From: Candidatus Omnitrophota bacterium
GTDB taxonomy: Bacteria; Omnitrophota; Gorgyraeia; Gygaellales; Profunditerraquicolaceae
Direction of reading: 5' to 3'
Length of the DNA: 64,000 nt
NCBI GenBank assembly: GCA_022710715.1
Contig: JAKLGJ010000001.1
Coordinates: 234,041 to 298,040 of the forward strand
Position 1 is the stretch's first letter. Every line of letters begins with the position of its first letter. Below are positions 48,886 to 58,281 of the stretch, in pieces. Made by a program: the position numbers and the translations under genes. The notes beneath the pieces are model-generated. The model was not told the DNA's origin, did not search any database, and saw only the letters and a program-made list of their open reading frames with translations.

Positions 48886-51483
48886 GTGCGGTTATGGTAT
48901 AATTCACCTATGAAAAAATACATCCTCTGGGCCGGAAAACGGCTCGCGCGGGTAAAACAGTACGTTCCCCGGGTCAGGAAATACGCTTTCTGGATCAGCC
49001 TGGGGGCAGTTCTGGGGTTTAATCTCGCCGTTCGCTCCTATCCCGTTAATTTTCCGCAGTATGCCACTCTCGCCAAAGAACAGGCGGAAGAAGAAATCTA
49101 CCGTAATGCTTCGGCCGCAGTAAGAAAAGAGTTCCCCGCGCTGTCGGAAGCCTCGCGCCGGACCGTATTCGGTGAAATGGTAAAACAATACCATAAAACC
49201 AACGCAAAGGAATTTCAACAGCGGGTACGGGAAAAATACCAGCAACTGCGCGATTCCGTGCAGGATAAAACCGGCCAGACGTACCTGATGGAACTGGATT
49301 GCTGGCACTGGGCGCGTTATGTGGAGAATGTGTACCGTCTCGGCCATCCCGGCGACCGGGTCGTCGGCGGCAAACAGCAGGATATGCTGATGACTGCCCC
49401 CTGGGGGTCGGATATCGGATGGACCACCTGCGTTTTTTATCTTTCCGCTTTCCTTTTTCGTCTCGCTTCATTCGCGGTGCATCTGCCGTTGACTACTTTT
49501 CTTTTCTACCTGCCGCTGGTTTTCATTACCGTTTTCATCCTGGTCTTATTCTGGTTGTGCCGGCGTTTTTACGGCACGCTTGCCGCTATCACTACCAGTT
49601 TAGTGGTGGGCATGGGGCCGATCTTCGTGCCCAGAAGCTGCGCGGGATGGTTCGATATGGATATCCTGCAGCTTCTCTTACCGCTGGCGTGCGTATTCGG
49701 TTATCTGATGGCGTACGAAAGCGGCTCTTCCCGAAGCCTGTGGCTCTGGGCTGCGGTTTCTTCATTCCTGCTGGGGATTTTCTCCTGGATGTGGCCGTAC
49801 TGGTGGTTTATCGGTTTGATCATCCTGGTTTATGAAGGGTATACCGTCCTGGACCTGTTCTCCGAACAGTTGCAGTATAAGGAGGATATGACGGAGGATA
49901 TGCGCCGTCACGGGTTGATGTTGCTGGCATTCTCGGTTTTTACCGTTGGTTGGGTACTGGTTTTTTCCGGGCCGCAGCCGTTCAGCCAGTTGTTTACGCA
50001 ATTCAAGGATTCCCTGCTGCTTAATGACCCTTTGCGGGCGAATATCTGGCCGAATGTGTATTCAACCGTCGGAGAACTGCGCCGTCCGGATCTGCGCGAG
50101 ATCATCAAATCGGTGGGAGGGCTATGGGTTTTTCTCCCCAGCCTGATCGCGATGTTAGTGCTGATTTTGCACAACAGGCGGTTCAGCGGATTAAAGAGGG
50201 AAATGCTTTTCTTGATGTTTACCTGGTTTATGGTCATGCTGCTGGCTTCTTTCAAAGGGGTGAGGCTGACGATGTTCCTGCTCATTCCTCTGGGTGTCAT
50301 GCTGGGGTGGGGGGCGCAGGAGCTGCTGGGCGCCGTTCGCAGGAAAAAGAAGTTCGCAGCGCGGGGTACGGCAATTGTCGCGGGCGTCATCGTTGTATTC
50401 TGGGCATCCCTCATCTATCAGGGGAATATGGCGGGATTGCGTTGCCGGCCGCTCATGGATGACGATTGGTACGATATCCTGAATACGATCAAAGAGAATA
50501 CGCCCCGGGAGGCGATCATCAACTCCTGGTGGGATTACGGGGACTGGTTCAAATCGGTTGCCCGGCGGCGGGTTATTTTTGACGGCCACAGCCAGAATAT
50601 TCCGCAGGCTTACTGGATGGCCAGGGTATTTCTGTCGGATTCCGAAGAAAAGGCGCTGCGCATACTGCGCATGCTTAATAACAGCGGCAACCGCGTGTTT
50701 GAGATCGTGGATAGTTATCTGCACGATCCTTTTGAATCGATCCGGCTGGTGGAGCAGGCGCTTGAGCTGGATAAAGCTAAAGCCAGGCAGCTGCTGGCGG
50801 GCGCGCTCCCGGCTGAAGCGGTCGAAAAGGTCAGCGGATATCTTTTTAATAAACCGCCGCCGGCTTATTTTGTGGTCGAATATTCACTGATGGATAAGAT
50901 CGATCCTATTTCTTTTATCGGCAACTGGGATTTTTCGAAGGTGTATCTGGTCAAGAACTTCGATAAGCAGAGCAGGGAGACGATCATCGGCCGTTTGACC
51001 CGGTGGGGCATGCCGGCGGAGAAAGCCGAGGCGCTGTATCAGGATTTCAGCCTGTTGCCGTCGGATCAGCAGCGCGATTCCTGGGTTTCCCGGCGATTGC
51101 GGTTTTATACGTCGTGGGTTCCCGGGCGGGTAAAGAAGGGGCTGGTGTTGTTCGAAAACGGCCTGGTCTATACTCCTTCGGAAAACGCGGTATTCGGTTA
51201 CAACGCCTATCAATCCGGGTTCGCCACTCCTAAAAACCTTTTTCTCTGGGAGGAGAATCAACTGGTGGAAACACCGTTCGCGCAGCCGGATTCGCCGACT
51301 TCGATCCTCATCATGCGCAAAGCCGATGAGTATACGTCATTCGAGTTCGATCCGGAACTGGCGCGCAGCTGCTTTACCCGCCTGTACCTGTTCAACGCCG
51401 CGGGCATGAAGCATTTCAAACCTTTTGCCGAACATGTGAAAGACGGCCGGAATATCCGGGTGTTCGAGATTATCTGGGATTGA
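48886..51483 (+). CDS. STT3/AglB/PglB-family oligosaccharyltransferase (GT-C), about 865 aa.
   Basis: Polytopic N-terminal membrane domain with an acidic first-loop motif (ELDCWHWARY). The family hallmark WWDYGDWF is followed by a DG element (INSWWDYGDWFKSVARRRVIFDGHSQN), and a C-terminal periplasmic domain follows. Size fits archaeal-type AglB. The start may instead be the MKKYILW at 48910. Confidence 0.7.
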   Translation: MRLWYNSPMKKYILWAGKRLARVKQYVPRVRKYAFWISLGAVLGFNLAVRSYPVNFPQYATLAKEQAEEEIYRNASAAVRKEFPALSEASRRTVFGEMVKQYHKTNAKEFQQRVREKYQQLRDSVQDKTGQTYLMELDCWHWARYVENVYRLGHPGDRVVGGKQQDMLMTAPWGSDIGWTTCVFYLSAFLFRLASFAVHLPLTTFLFYLPLVFITVFILVLFWLCRRFYGTLAAITTSLVVGMGPIFVPRSCAGWFDMDILQLLLPLACVFGYLMAYESGSSRSLWLWAAVSSFLLGIFSWMWPYWWFIGLIILVYEGYTVLDLFSEQLQYKEDMTEDMRRHGLMLLAFSVFTVGWVLVFSGPQPFSQLFTQFKDSLLLNDPLRANIWPNVYSTVGELRRPDLREIIKSVGGLWVFLPSLIAMLVLILHNRRFSGLKREMLFLMFTWFMVMLLASFKGVRLTMFLLIPLGVMLGWGAQELLGAVRRKKKFAARGTAIVAGVIVVFWASLIYQGNMAGLRCRPLMDDDWYDILNTIKENTPREAIINSWWDYGDWFKSVARRRVIFDGHSQNIPQAYWMARVFLSDSEEKALRILRMLNNSGNRVFEIVDSYLHDPFESIRLVEQALELDKAKARQLLAGALPAEAVEKVSGYLFNKPPPAYFVVEYSLMDKIDPISFIGNWDFSKVYLVKNFDKQSRETIIGRLTRWGMPAEKAEALYQDFSLLPSDQQRDSWVSRRLRFYTSWVPGRVKKGLVLFENGLVYTPSENAVFGYNAYQSGFATPKNLFLWEENQLVETPFAQPDSPTSILIMRKADEYTSFEFDPELARSCFTRLYLFNAAGMKHFKPFAEHVKDGRNIRVFEIIWD

Positions 51484-51489
51484 CAGGCT

Positions 51490-52656
51490 ATGACAGAGAT
51501 CGACGTTTCCGTAGTGATGCCCTGTTTGAACGAAGAAAAGGGCATTCGCATCTGTATAGACAAGATCGCCAGGGTATTTGCCGCGCACGGCGTGTCGGGC
51601 GAGATCATTGTAGCCGATAACGGCTCCACGGACCGTTCCCGGCAGATAGCTCAAGCCGCCGGCGCCCGGGTAGTGGAAGAGCCTGTGCCGGGATATGGTT
51701 CGGCGTATCTGCGGGGTTTGTCCGAGGCGCGCGGGAAGTACATTATCATCGCCGACAGCGATAACACCTATGATTTTAACGATATCCCCCGTTTTCTCGA
51801 CGCTTTACGCGCCGGGCGCGATTTCGTGATGGGATCCCGTTTCAAAGGCACGATACACAAAGGCGCGATGCCCTGGGCGCACCGTTATATCGGCAATCCC
51901 ATTCTTTCCTGGATGACCCGGATGTTCTTCCATACCCGCCTTTCCGATATCCATTGCGGCATGCGGGCGTTCACCCGCCAGGCTTACCAGAAGATGAAGC
52001 TGCATACGCTGGGCATGGAATTTGCCACGGAAATGGTGGTTTCGGCGATTACCAATCAGCTCGACATCCATGAGATCCCGATCAATTATTATCCTCGTCA
52101 GGGAGAATCCAAGCTGAAATCGTTCTCGGACGCCTGGCGGCATATCCGTTTCATGCTGATCTACTGTCCGGTCTGGTTATATCTGATCCCGGGATTGATC
52201 GGTTTCTTCGCGGGCATGGCATTGCTTTTCATTTTGCTTAAAGGCCCGGTGTTGTTTTTAGGGCATTACTGGGATGTGCATCTGGTGGTGCTCTCCAGTC
52301 TGATATCGATTGTTTCCTATCAACTGGTGCATATGGGACTGTACGCCCATACGTTCGCGGTGGGGCAGGGGCTGTTGCGTCAGGACCGGATCATCCAGCT
52401 GCTTCAGCGCCACTTTAATTTAGAGAAATGGCTGCTTATCGGTTTCGTTTTCTTCGCCGCCGGCATAGCCATCAACCTGCTCATTTTCTGGGAGTGGTTT
52501 ACCCAGAATTTCGGGCCGCTGTACCGGATACGCGAGTCGGTGCTGGCGATGACCCTGCTGGTCATCGGTTTGCAGACGATGTTTTCGTCGTTTTTCTTGA
52601 GCCTGCTGTTCCTGAAGAAGAGGGAATCCGCCAATGGCAAAAATACTGATCATTAA
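51490..52656 (+). CDS. GT2 polyprenol-phosphate sugar synthase (DPM1/GtrB-like) with a C-terminal multi-TM domain.
   Basis: VSVVMPCLNEE...ADNGSTD...IIADSD DxD-type GT2 N-terminal domain, followed by four or more TM helices. Confidence 0.75.
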   Translation: MTEIDVSVVMPCLNEEKGIRICIDKIARVFAAHGVSGEIIVADNGSTDRSRQIAQAAGARVVEEPVPGYGSAYLRGLSEARGKYIIIADSDNTYDFNDIPRFLDALRAGRDFVMGSRFKGTIHKGAMPWAHRYIGNPILSWMTRMFFHTRLSDIHCGMRAFTRQAYQKMKLHTLGMEFATEMVVSAITNQLDIHEIPINYYPRQGESKLKSFSDAWRHIRFMLIYCPVWLYLIPGLIGFFAGMALLFILLKGPVLFLGHYWDVHLVVLSSLISIVSYQLVHMGLYAHTFAVGQGLLRQDRIIQLLQRHFNLEKWLLIGFVFFAAGIAINLLIFWEWFTQNFGPLYRIRESVLAMTLLVIGLQTMFSSFFLSLLFLKKRESANGKNTDH

Positions 52657-53563
52657 GCTCGGCTATTCCGAAACGCTGGACAAGGAGATTTCCACCACTA
52701 CATCGCTGGGCGACGTGGTGCGCACGACGGTGCTGCTTAATTTTTTCAAAGACGACGAAGTCAGCTGGCTGGTTGACGATAAGGCCAGGGTATTGCTTGA
52801 GCGTAATCCGTTGATCAAACGCGTGCTGGTGTATAACCTGGAAACGGTTCTCCAGTTGCAGCGGGAACGTTTTGACGTGGTGATCAACCTGGAGAAGGTT
52901 CCGGGGATATGCGCGTTAGCCGATTCCATCAACGCCTGGAAGCGTTACGGCTTCCGTTTCGATGAATATAACGGCATTGCCCAGAGTTATGACGGCGCGG
53001 AAAAAGTGCTGGCGTTATCCTTGAGCCTGAACAAGAAAAAGAAGAACAAGATGTTCTGGCAACAGGCGCTGGTGGAGATGATCGGCCGTCAGTGGGAAGG
53101 TCAGGAATACCGCGTTTCCTATAAACCCAGGGTTAAGACCACCTACGATGTGGGGTTGAATTGGCTGGTGGGGAACAAATGGAACAACAAGGCCTGGCCG
53201 AAAGAAAACTGGAAGAAGCTGGAAGAGTTGCTTCGGGATACGTATGCGGTGAGCTGGCAGGCGGGATTCGACGATTTGTATGAGTACATGGACTGGATCA
53301 GCTCAAATCGTCTGATCGTGACCAATGACAGCCTGGGTATGCATCTGGGGATAGCTTTAAAAAAGAAAGTCGTGGCTTTGTTCGGACCCACGTCTTCGCA
53401 GGAAGTTTATCTGTACGGCCGCGGGGAGATCGTGTGTCCCCAGTCCGCGTATCGCTGTGTTCCTTGCCTGAAACAGGAATGTTTCCAGCCGACCTCGTGT
53501 ATGCATTTTATCTCTCCGGATGCGGTAGCCCGGGCCGTGGAAAGAATCCTCAAACATGGATAA
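52634..53563 (+). CDS. Glycosyltransferase family 9 (heptosyltransferase-like).
   Basis: The C-terminal motif LIVTNDSLGMHLGIALKKKVVALFGPT is the GT9 RfaF/RfaC-type signature. Confidence 0.7.
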   Translation: MAKILIIKLGYSETLDKEISTTTSLGDVVRTTVLLNFFKDDEVSWLVDDKARVLLERNPLIKRVLVYNLETVLQLQRERFDVVINLEKVPGICALADSINAWKRYGFRFDEYNGIAQSYDGAEKVLALSLSLNKKKKNKMFWQQALVEMIGRQWEGQEYRVSYKPRVKTTYDVGLNWLVGNKWNNKAWPKENWKKLEELLRDTYAVSWQAGFDDLYEYMDWISSNRLIVTNDSLGMHLGIALKKKVVALFGPTSSQEVYLYGRGEIVCPQSAYRCVPCLKQECFQPTSCMHFISPDAVARAVERILKHG

Positions 53564-54620
53564 GTTCAGGATCGATTCGCATAAGCTGCTTTATCATGTT
53601 GAGCGGGTTGCCGGATGGCTGCGCCGCGGGGATACCTATCCGGTGTATATTGAGATTTCTCCCAGCGGGGCCTGTAATCACCGCTGCCGGTTTTGCGCGC
53701 TGGACTATCTGAAGTATAAGCCGACGTTGCTGGAAACCGCGGCCACGCTGCGGTTCCTCAAAGAGATAGCCGGTCTGGGGGTCAAGAGCGTGATGTTCGC
53801 CGGGGAAGGGGAACCGTTTCTCCACCCTGATTGCGCGCGGATGATCGCGGCGGCCAAAAAGAGCGGGCTGGATGTGGCGGCGACCACCAACGCTGCGCTG
53901 TTGACCCCGGCACTGCTGGAAAAGGCGCTTCCATACTTGAGCTGGTTGCGGGTGAGCGTCAATGCCGGCGTTGCCAGGACCTATAGCCGGCTGCACCGTT
54001 GCCGGGAAACGGATTTCGCCAGAGTGCTCGCGGTGATCCGCGCGGCCAGCGCTTTGCGGAAAAAGAAAAAGTACGGCTGTGCTATCGGCGGTCAGATCCT
54101 GTTATTCCGGGAGAATATGAATGAAGTCGGCCTGCTGGCAAAAAAGCTCGCCGCTGCCGGAGCGGATTATCTGATCGTCAAACCGTATTCGCAGCATCCC
54201 ATGAGCGTCAACCGGATGCATTCGCCGCTGCAGGAGAAGGTGTACGCGCAACTGGCGGTTGCGGCGCAACGTTATTCTTCGCAAACATTCCAGGTCATCG
54301 TTCGCCGCCGGACCATGGAGGACTCTTCGGTCGCCAAATCCTATAGCCGCTGCCTGGGGCTGCCGTTCTGGGCGTATGTGAATTCCTGCGGCGATATCTA
54401 CGGCTGCAGCGCTTTTCTGGGCGATAAGCGGTTTCTCTACGGTAACATCTACCGGCAGACATTCAAGGCTATCTGGAACGGCGACAGGCGCAGGCGTCAT
54501 CTGCGTCTGATGTCCGGAGAGTGGGATATACGCAGGTGCCGCGCGGTCTGCCGTCTGGATAAGATAAATCAGTATCTCTGGGACCTGAAAAATCCGCCGG
54601 AACACGTTAACTTTATCTGA
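53556..54620 (+). CDS. Radical SAM protein with a SPASM/twitch-like C-terminal Cys cluster.
   Basis: CNHRCRFC (CxxxCxxC). GGEP-like FAGEGEPFL. C-terminal cysteines NSCGDIYGCSAF...RRCRAVCRLD. Confidence 0.75.
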   Translation: MDKFRIDSHKLLYHVERVAGWLRRGDTYPVYIEISPSGACNHRCRFCALDYLKYKPTLLETAATLRFLKEIAGLGVKSVMFAGEGEPFLHPDCARMIAAAKKSGLDVAATTNAALLTPALLEKALPYLSWLRVSVNAGVARTYSRLHRCRETDFARVLAVIRAASALRKKKKYGCAIGGQILLFRENMNEVGLLAKKLAAAGADYLIVKPYSQHPMSVNRMHSPLQEKVYAQLAVAAQRYSSQTFQVIVRRRTMEDSSVAKSYSRCLGLPFWAYVNSCGDIYGCSAFLGDKRFLYGNIYRQTFKAIWNGDRRRRHLRLMSGEWDIRRCRAVCRLDKINQYLWDLKNPPEHVNFI

Positions 54621-54624
54621 AAAG

Positions 54625-55596
54625 ATGACCCGATTGCCTTTTCCCGTTACTCTCGCCAGGAAGATCTATACCAGCATGGTGCGTATCCGCAGCTTCGAAG
54701 AGCGTATCTGCCGGTTATACAGCCAGCAGGAGATGCGTTGCCCGGTGCATTTGTCCACCGGACAGGAAGCCATTGCCGCGGGCACGCTCATACAGCTGCG
54801 TCGGCAGGATTACGTGGTCAGCACTCATCGCAACCACGGGCATCTCATCGCTAAAGGGGCGGCGCTGAAATCCATGTTTGCGGAAATGTACGGCAGGCAG
54901 ACCGGTTGTTCGCGGGGCAAAGGCGGGTCGATGCACATGTCCTTTCCGCAGGCAGGGATCGCGGGTACCAGCGCTATCGTTGCCGGCGGCCTGCCCATTG
55001 CCGTCGGGCTGGCCTGGGGCTCGGTGCTGCAGAAGAACCGTCGCATCAGCGCGGTTTTCTTCGGCGATGGAGCGGTTGACGAAGGGACATTCTATGAAAG
55101 CCTGAATTTTGCCAGCCTGAAGAAACTTCCGGTCGTGTTCGTCTGCGAGAATAATTTTTACGCCACCAACTCTCCCCAGAAAGCCAGGCAAACCAATCCG
55201 CGTATCCATGAAATCGCCCGGTTTTTCAGGATCCCCGGGACGTGTATCGACGGCAATGACGTGGTCGCCGTGTACACCGCCGCCGCCGGGGCGATTGAGC
55301 GTTGCCGTAAGGGCGCCGGTCCCAGCCTGATCGAAGCCAGGACGTTCCGCTGGAAAACGCATGTGGGTGTGGAATCGGACCTGGAAAAAGGGTTTCGCCG
55401 GCAGGAAGAAGTTGCGCTTTGGTTCCGGCGCTGCCCGGTCAAACGGTTTGAGCGGTATCTGCTTAGCCGGGGAATGGTCAGCCAGCAATGGATAGACACG
55501 GTCAGGGAATCGGTTGACAAAGAGATCTCGCGGGCAGTCGAGTTTGCCCGGAACAGTCCGTATCCCCGGCCGGAAACGGAGAGTACCGATGTATAG
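54625..55596 (+). CDS. Thiamine-diphosphate-dependent dehydrogenase E1 component, alpha subunit (PDH/acetoin-DH E1-alpha family).
   Basis: The TPP-binding motif GDGAVDEGTFYESLNFA and the E1-alpha fold are present. No E2 or E3 is nearby. Confidence 0.8.
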   Translation: MTRLPFPVTLARKIYTSMVRIRSFEERICRLYSQQEMRCPVHLSTGQEAIAAGTLIQLRRQDYVVSTHRNHGHLIAKGAALKSMFAEMYGRQTGCSRGKGGSMHMSFPQAGIAGTSAIVAGGLPIAVGLAWGSVLQKNRRISAVFFGDGAVDEGTFYESLNFASLKKLPVVFVCENNFYATNSPQKARQTNPRIHEIARFFRIPGTCIDGNDVVAVYTAAAGAIERCRKGAGPSLIEARTFRWKTHVGVESDLEKGFRRQEEVALWFRRCPVKRFERYLLSRGMVSQQWIDTVRESVDKEISRAVEFARNSPYPRPETESTDV

Positions 55597-55614
55597 TAAT
55601 GCAAGGATAGTCTG

Positions 55615-56682
55615 ATGTGGGATAAAGCGCCCGAACAGTCATCGTCCGGCCGGAATCAAAAGCCGCGGGCCCGCGGCCGGGGCCGTCTGCTTTCTTATCG
55701 CGAAGCGATCCGCGAAGGTCTGCTCCAGGCAATGGAGCAGGACAGGCGGGTTTTTCTGTTCGGCGAAGGGATCGACGATCCGGCGGGAGTATTCGGGACC
55801 ACTGCGGGCTTGCAGCAGCGTTTCGGCGCCGGGCGCGTGTTCGATACGCCCATCTGCGAGAATACCCTGACCGGCATCGCCATCGGCAGCAGCCTGGCGG
55901 GTTTGCGGCCGGTGCTCATACATATGCGCACGGATTTTCTGCTGATGTCGATGGATCAACTGGCTAATCACGCCGCAAAGTGGAAGTATATGTTCGGAGG
56001 GGCGACGCCGTTGCCGATGGTCGTGCGGGCGGTAATCGGCGGAGGCTGGGGGTCGGCCGCGCAGCATTCCCAGCCGTTACAGGCGATTTTCGCCCATATT
56101 CCCGGGTTGAAAGTGGTTATGCCGGCCTGCGCATATGACGCCAAAGGGTTACTCTTGTCCGGCATTGCCGAGCAATCGCCGGTCCTTTTTATCGACCATC
56201 GCTGGTTATACGACGAGAAAGACGCCGTTCCCGCAGCTGCGTACCGGATTCCGCTGGGCAAGGCGCATGTGGTCAGGAAGGGAAGCCGGTTGTCTTTGAT
56301 CTGCGTTTCTTTTATGCGTAAACTCGCTTTGCAAGCGGCAGCGGAGCTGGCGAAAGAAGGCATAGATGTGGAAGTGATCGATGTGCGCACGATCAAGCCT
56401 CTGGATATGGTTACCATTAACCGTTCTGTGGGGAAAACCGGCAGAGCGCTGGTCCTTGATTTCGGCTATTCTTTCTGCGGGATCACCGCGGAGATCGCGG
56501 CGCGGATCAGCCGGGATGTGTTCGGCAGCCTGAAAGCTCCGGTATATCGGATAGGGTTGCCTGATACGCCTACGCCGGCCAGTCCGGTTTTAGAAAAATG
56601 TTTTTATCCCGGTCCTGACGCCATTACCGATACTATCCGCCGGATTATGCGCGGGCAAAAAAGAGTGGGCAAGCACAGATGA
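55615..56682 (+). CDS. Thiamine-diphosphate-dependent dehydrogenase E1 component, beta subunit (transketolase-like).
   Basis: FLFGEGIDDPAGVFGTT...FDTPICENTLTGIAIGSSLAGLRPV is E1-beta/transketolase Pyr-domain sequence. A C-terminal domain follows. Confidence 0.8.
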   Translation: MWDKAPEQSSSGRNQKPRARGRGRLLSYREAIREGLLQAMEQDRRVFLFGEGIDDPAGVFGTTAGLQQRFGAGRVFDTPICENTLTGIAIGSSLAGLRPVLIHMRTDFLLMSMDQLANHAAKWKYMFGGATPLPMVVRAVIGGGWGSAAQHSQPLQAIFAHIPGLKVVMPACAYDAKGLLLSGIAEQSPVLFIDHRWLYDEKDAVPAAAYRIPLGKAHVVRKGSRLSLICVSFMRKLALQAAAELAKEGIDVEVIDVRTIKPLDMVTINRSVGKTGRALVLDFGYSFCGITAEIAARISRDVFGSLKAPVYRIGLPDTPTPASPVLEKCFYPGPDAITDTIRRIMRGQKRVGKHR

Positions 56683-57419
56683 GCGCCAGCGAATTCCAGG
56701 TCAGCGTGGTTATGCCGGGATTGAATGAGCAGGAGAGCGTTTCCGGCGTGGTGGAGAGCACGGTAACCGCATTCAAAGAGCTGGGTATACGCGGCGAGCT
56801 GATAGTGATCGACGATGGCAGCACCGACCGGACAGGCGAACTTGTTCGACAGAAGATGCGCGAGTATCCCGGAGTGGTCCGGTTGATACGCCATGAAGTT
56901 CCTCACGGCATAGGAGGCTCGTTCTGGGACGGGGTGGCGCATGCCGCGGGCCGGGCAGTGGTTCTGTTGCCCGCAGACAACGAGATCGATCCCCGTCAGA
57001 TCCTGCGTTACCTCGACCTGATCGAGCACGTGGATATGGTGGTCCCGTACGTGGTCAATGCCGGGGTCAGGCCTTTCAGCCGGAGGCTGACGTCGTGGCT
57101 GTTTACCAGGATAATCAACGCTACTTTTTTCACGTCATTTCAATACACCAACGGAACGGTTATATACCGTCGGGAGAGATTGCTCTCTCTTGACTACCGG
57201 GTCAACAATTTCTTTTTTCAGACCGACATCCTGATCCGTCTGGCCAGAAAAGGCTGTCTCTACGCGCAGGTCCCGTATGCGCTCACCCCCAGGAAGGGCG
57301 GGGCATCGAAAGCCATTTCCTTACGATCTCTTGCGGCCGTCATCCGGGCCTATCTGCGATTGCTGGTGAATATCTACTTGCCTAAACATGAATCCCATTC
57401 CCATACCCGCCCGGTATAA
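56679..57419 (+). CDS. GT2 glycosyltransferase (DPM1-like, soluble/peripheral).
   Basis: VSVVMPGLNEQE...VIDDGSTDRTG...LPADNEID motifs. Confidence 0.75.
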   Translation: MSASEFQVSVVMPGLNEQESVSGVVESTVTAFKELGIRGELIVIDDGSTDRTGELVRQKMREYPGVVRLIRHEVPHGIGGSFWDGVAHAAGRAVVLLPADNEIDPRQILRYLDLIEHVDMVVPYVVNAGVRPFSRRLTSWLFTRIINATFFTSFQYTNGTVIYRRERLLSLDYRVNNFFFQTDILIRLARKGCLYAQVPYALTPRKGGASKAISLRSLAAVIRAYLRLLVNIYLPKHESHSHTRPV

Positions 57420-58281
57420 CTATATCGGCATATTCCTTACTTTTGACTGCAATCTGCGCTGCAGTTACTGCATCAACAATTTCGAGCGCAATCTTACAAA
57501 ACGGTTTCCTCTGGACGGCAAAGCCTGGGTGGCTGCCCTTAACCGGATACAGTCAAGGCCCGACCTGCCGGTGACCCTGCAGGGCGGAGAGCCCACGATG
57601 CATCCGGACTGTATTTTTATCATCAATAACCTCAAACCCGACCTGCATATCGACGTGCTTACCAACCTGCAGTTCGATATTCCCGCGTTCATCAAGCGGG
57701 TCGATCCGCAGCGGATCAAACGCGACGCGCCGTATGCTTCGATCCGGGTCAGTTATCATCCCGAGCAGATGAAGCTGCCCGATACCATCGAAAGGACGCT
57801 GGCGTTGCAGCGGGCGGGTTTCAGCGTGGGCATCTGGTCGGTTTTGCATCCGCGTTACGAAGAGCACATCCGTCAGGCGCAGAAAGAATGCCTGTCTCTG
57901 GGGATCGATTTCCGCTTCAAGGATTTTCTGGGCGAATATAACGGCAAGCTGTACGGAAGCTATAAGTATGCCGGCGCCTGCAGCCATAAGCCGCTGAAGC
58001 AGGTTTCCTGCCGGACCAGCGAGCTCCTGGTAGATCCGGCAGGACAGGTGTATCGCTGTCACCATGATGTCTATGAACGCTCTCATCCCGTCGGGTCTTT
58101 GCTGGATGAGGGATTCCTGATCGCGGACCGCTTCAGCCCTTGTTCGTATTTCGGCTGTTGCAATCCCTGCGACGTAAAAATAAAAACGAACCGTTTTCAG
58201 ACGTTCGGCCACACCTCGGTGGATATACGGTTTGAAGATCAAGCGGAGCAGCTCGATGAAAGGAGAAAGCTCGATGAGTAA
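57388..58281 (+). CDS. Radical SAM protein with a Cys-rich (SPASM-like) C-terminus.
   Basis: FDCNLRCSYC (CxxxCxxC). LQGGEPTMHPD. C-terminal cysteines CSHKP...CRTS...CHHD...CSYFGCCNPC. Confidence 0.75.
   Translation: MNPIPIPARYNYIGIFLTFDCNLRCSYCINNFERNLTKRFPLDGKAWVAALNRIQSRPDLPVTLQGGEPTMHPDCIFIINNLKPDLHIDVLTNLQFDIPAFIKRVDPQRIKRDAPYASIRVSYHPEQMKLPDTIERTLALQRAGFSVGIWSVLHPRYEEHIRQAQKECLSLGIDFRFKDFLGEYNGKLYGSYKYAGACSHKPLKQVSCRTSELLVDPAGQVYRCHHDVYERSHPVGSLLDEGFLIADRFSPCSYFGCCNPCDVKIKTNRFQTFGHTSVDIRFEDQAEQLDERRKLDE

Noticed and set aside
54625-56682. E1 alpha/beta pair as part of a conventional pyruvate or acetoin dehydrogenase complex.
   Set aside because: No E2 (lipoyl acyltransferase) or E3 gene is adjacent. 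The genes are sandwiched between radical SAM and glycosyltransferase genes. I therefore treat them as a sugar-modification module in the findings, flagged as inference.
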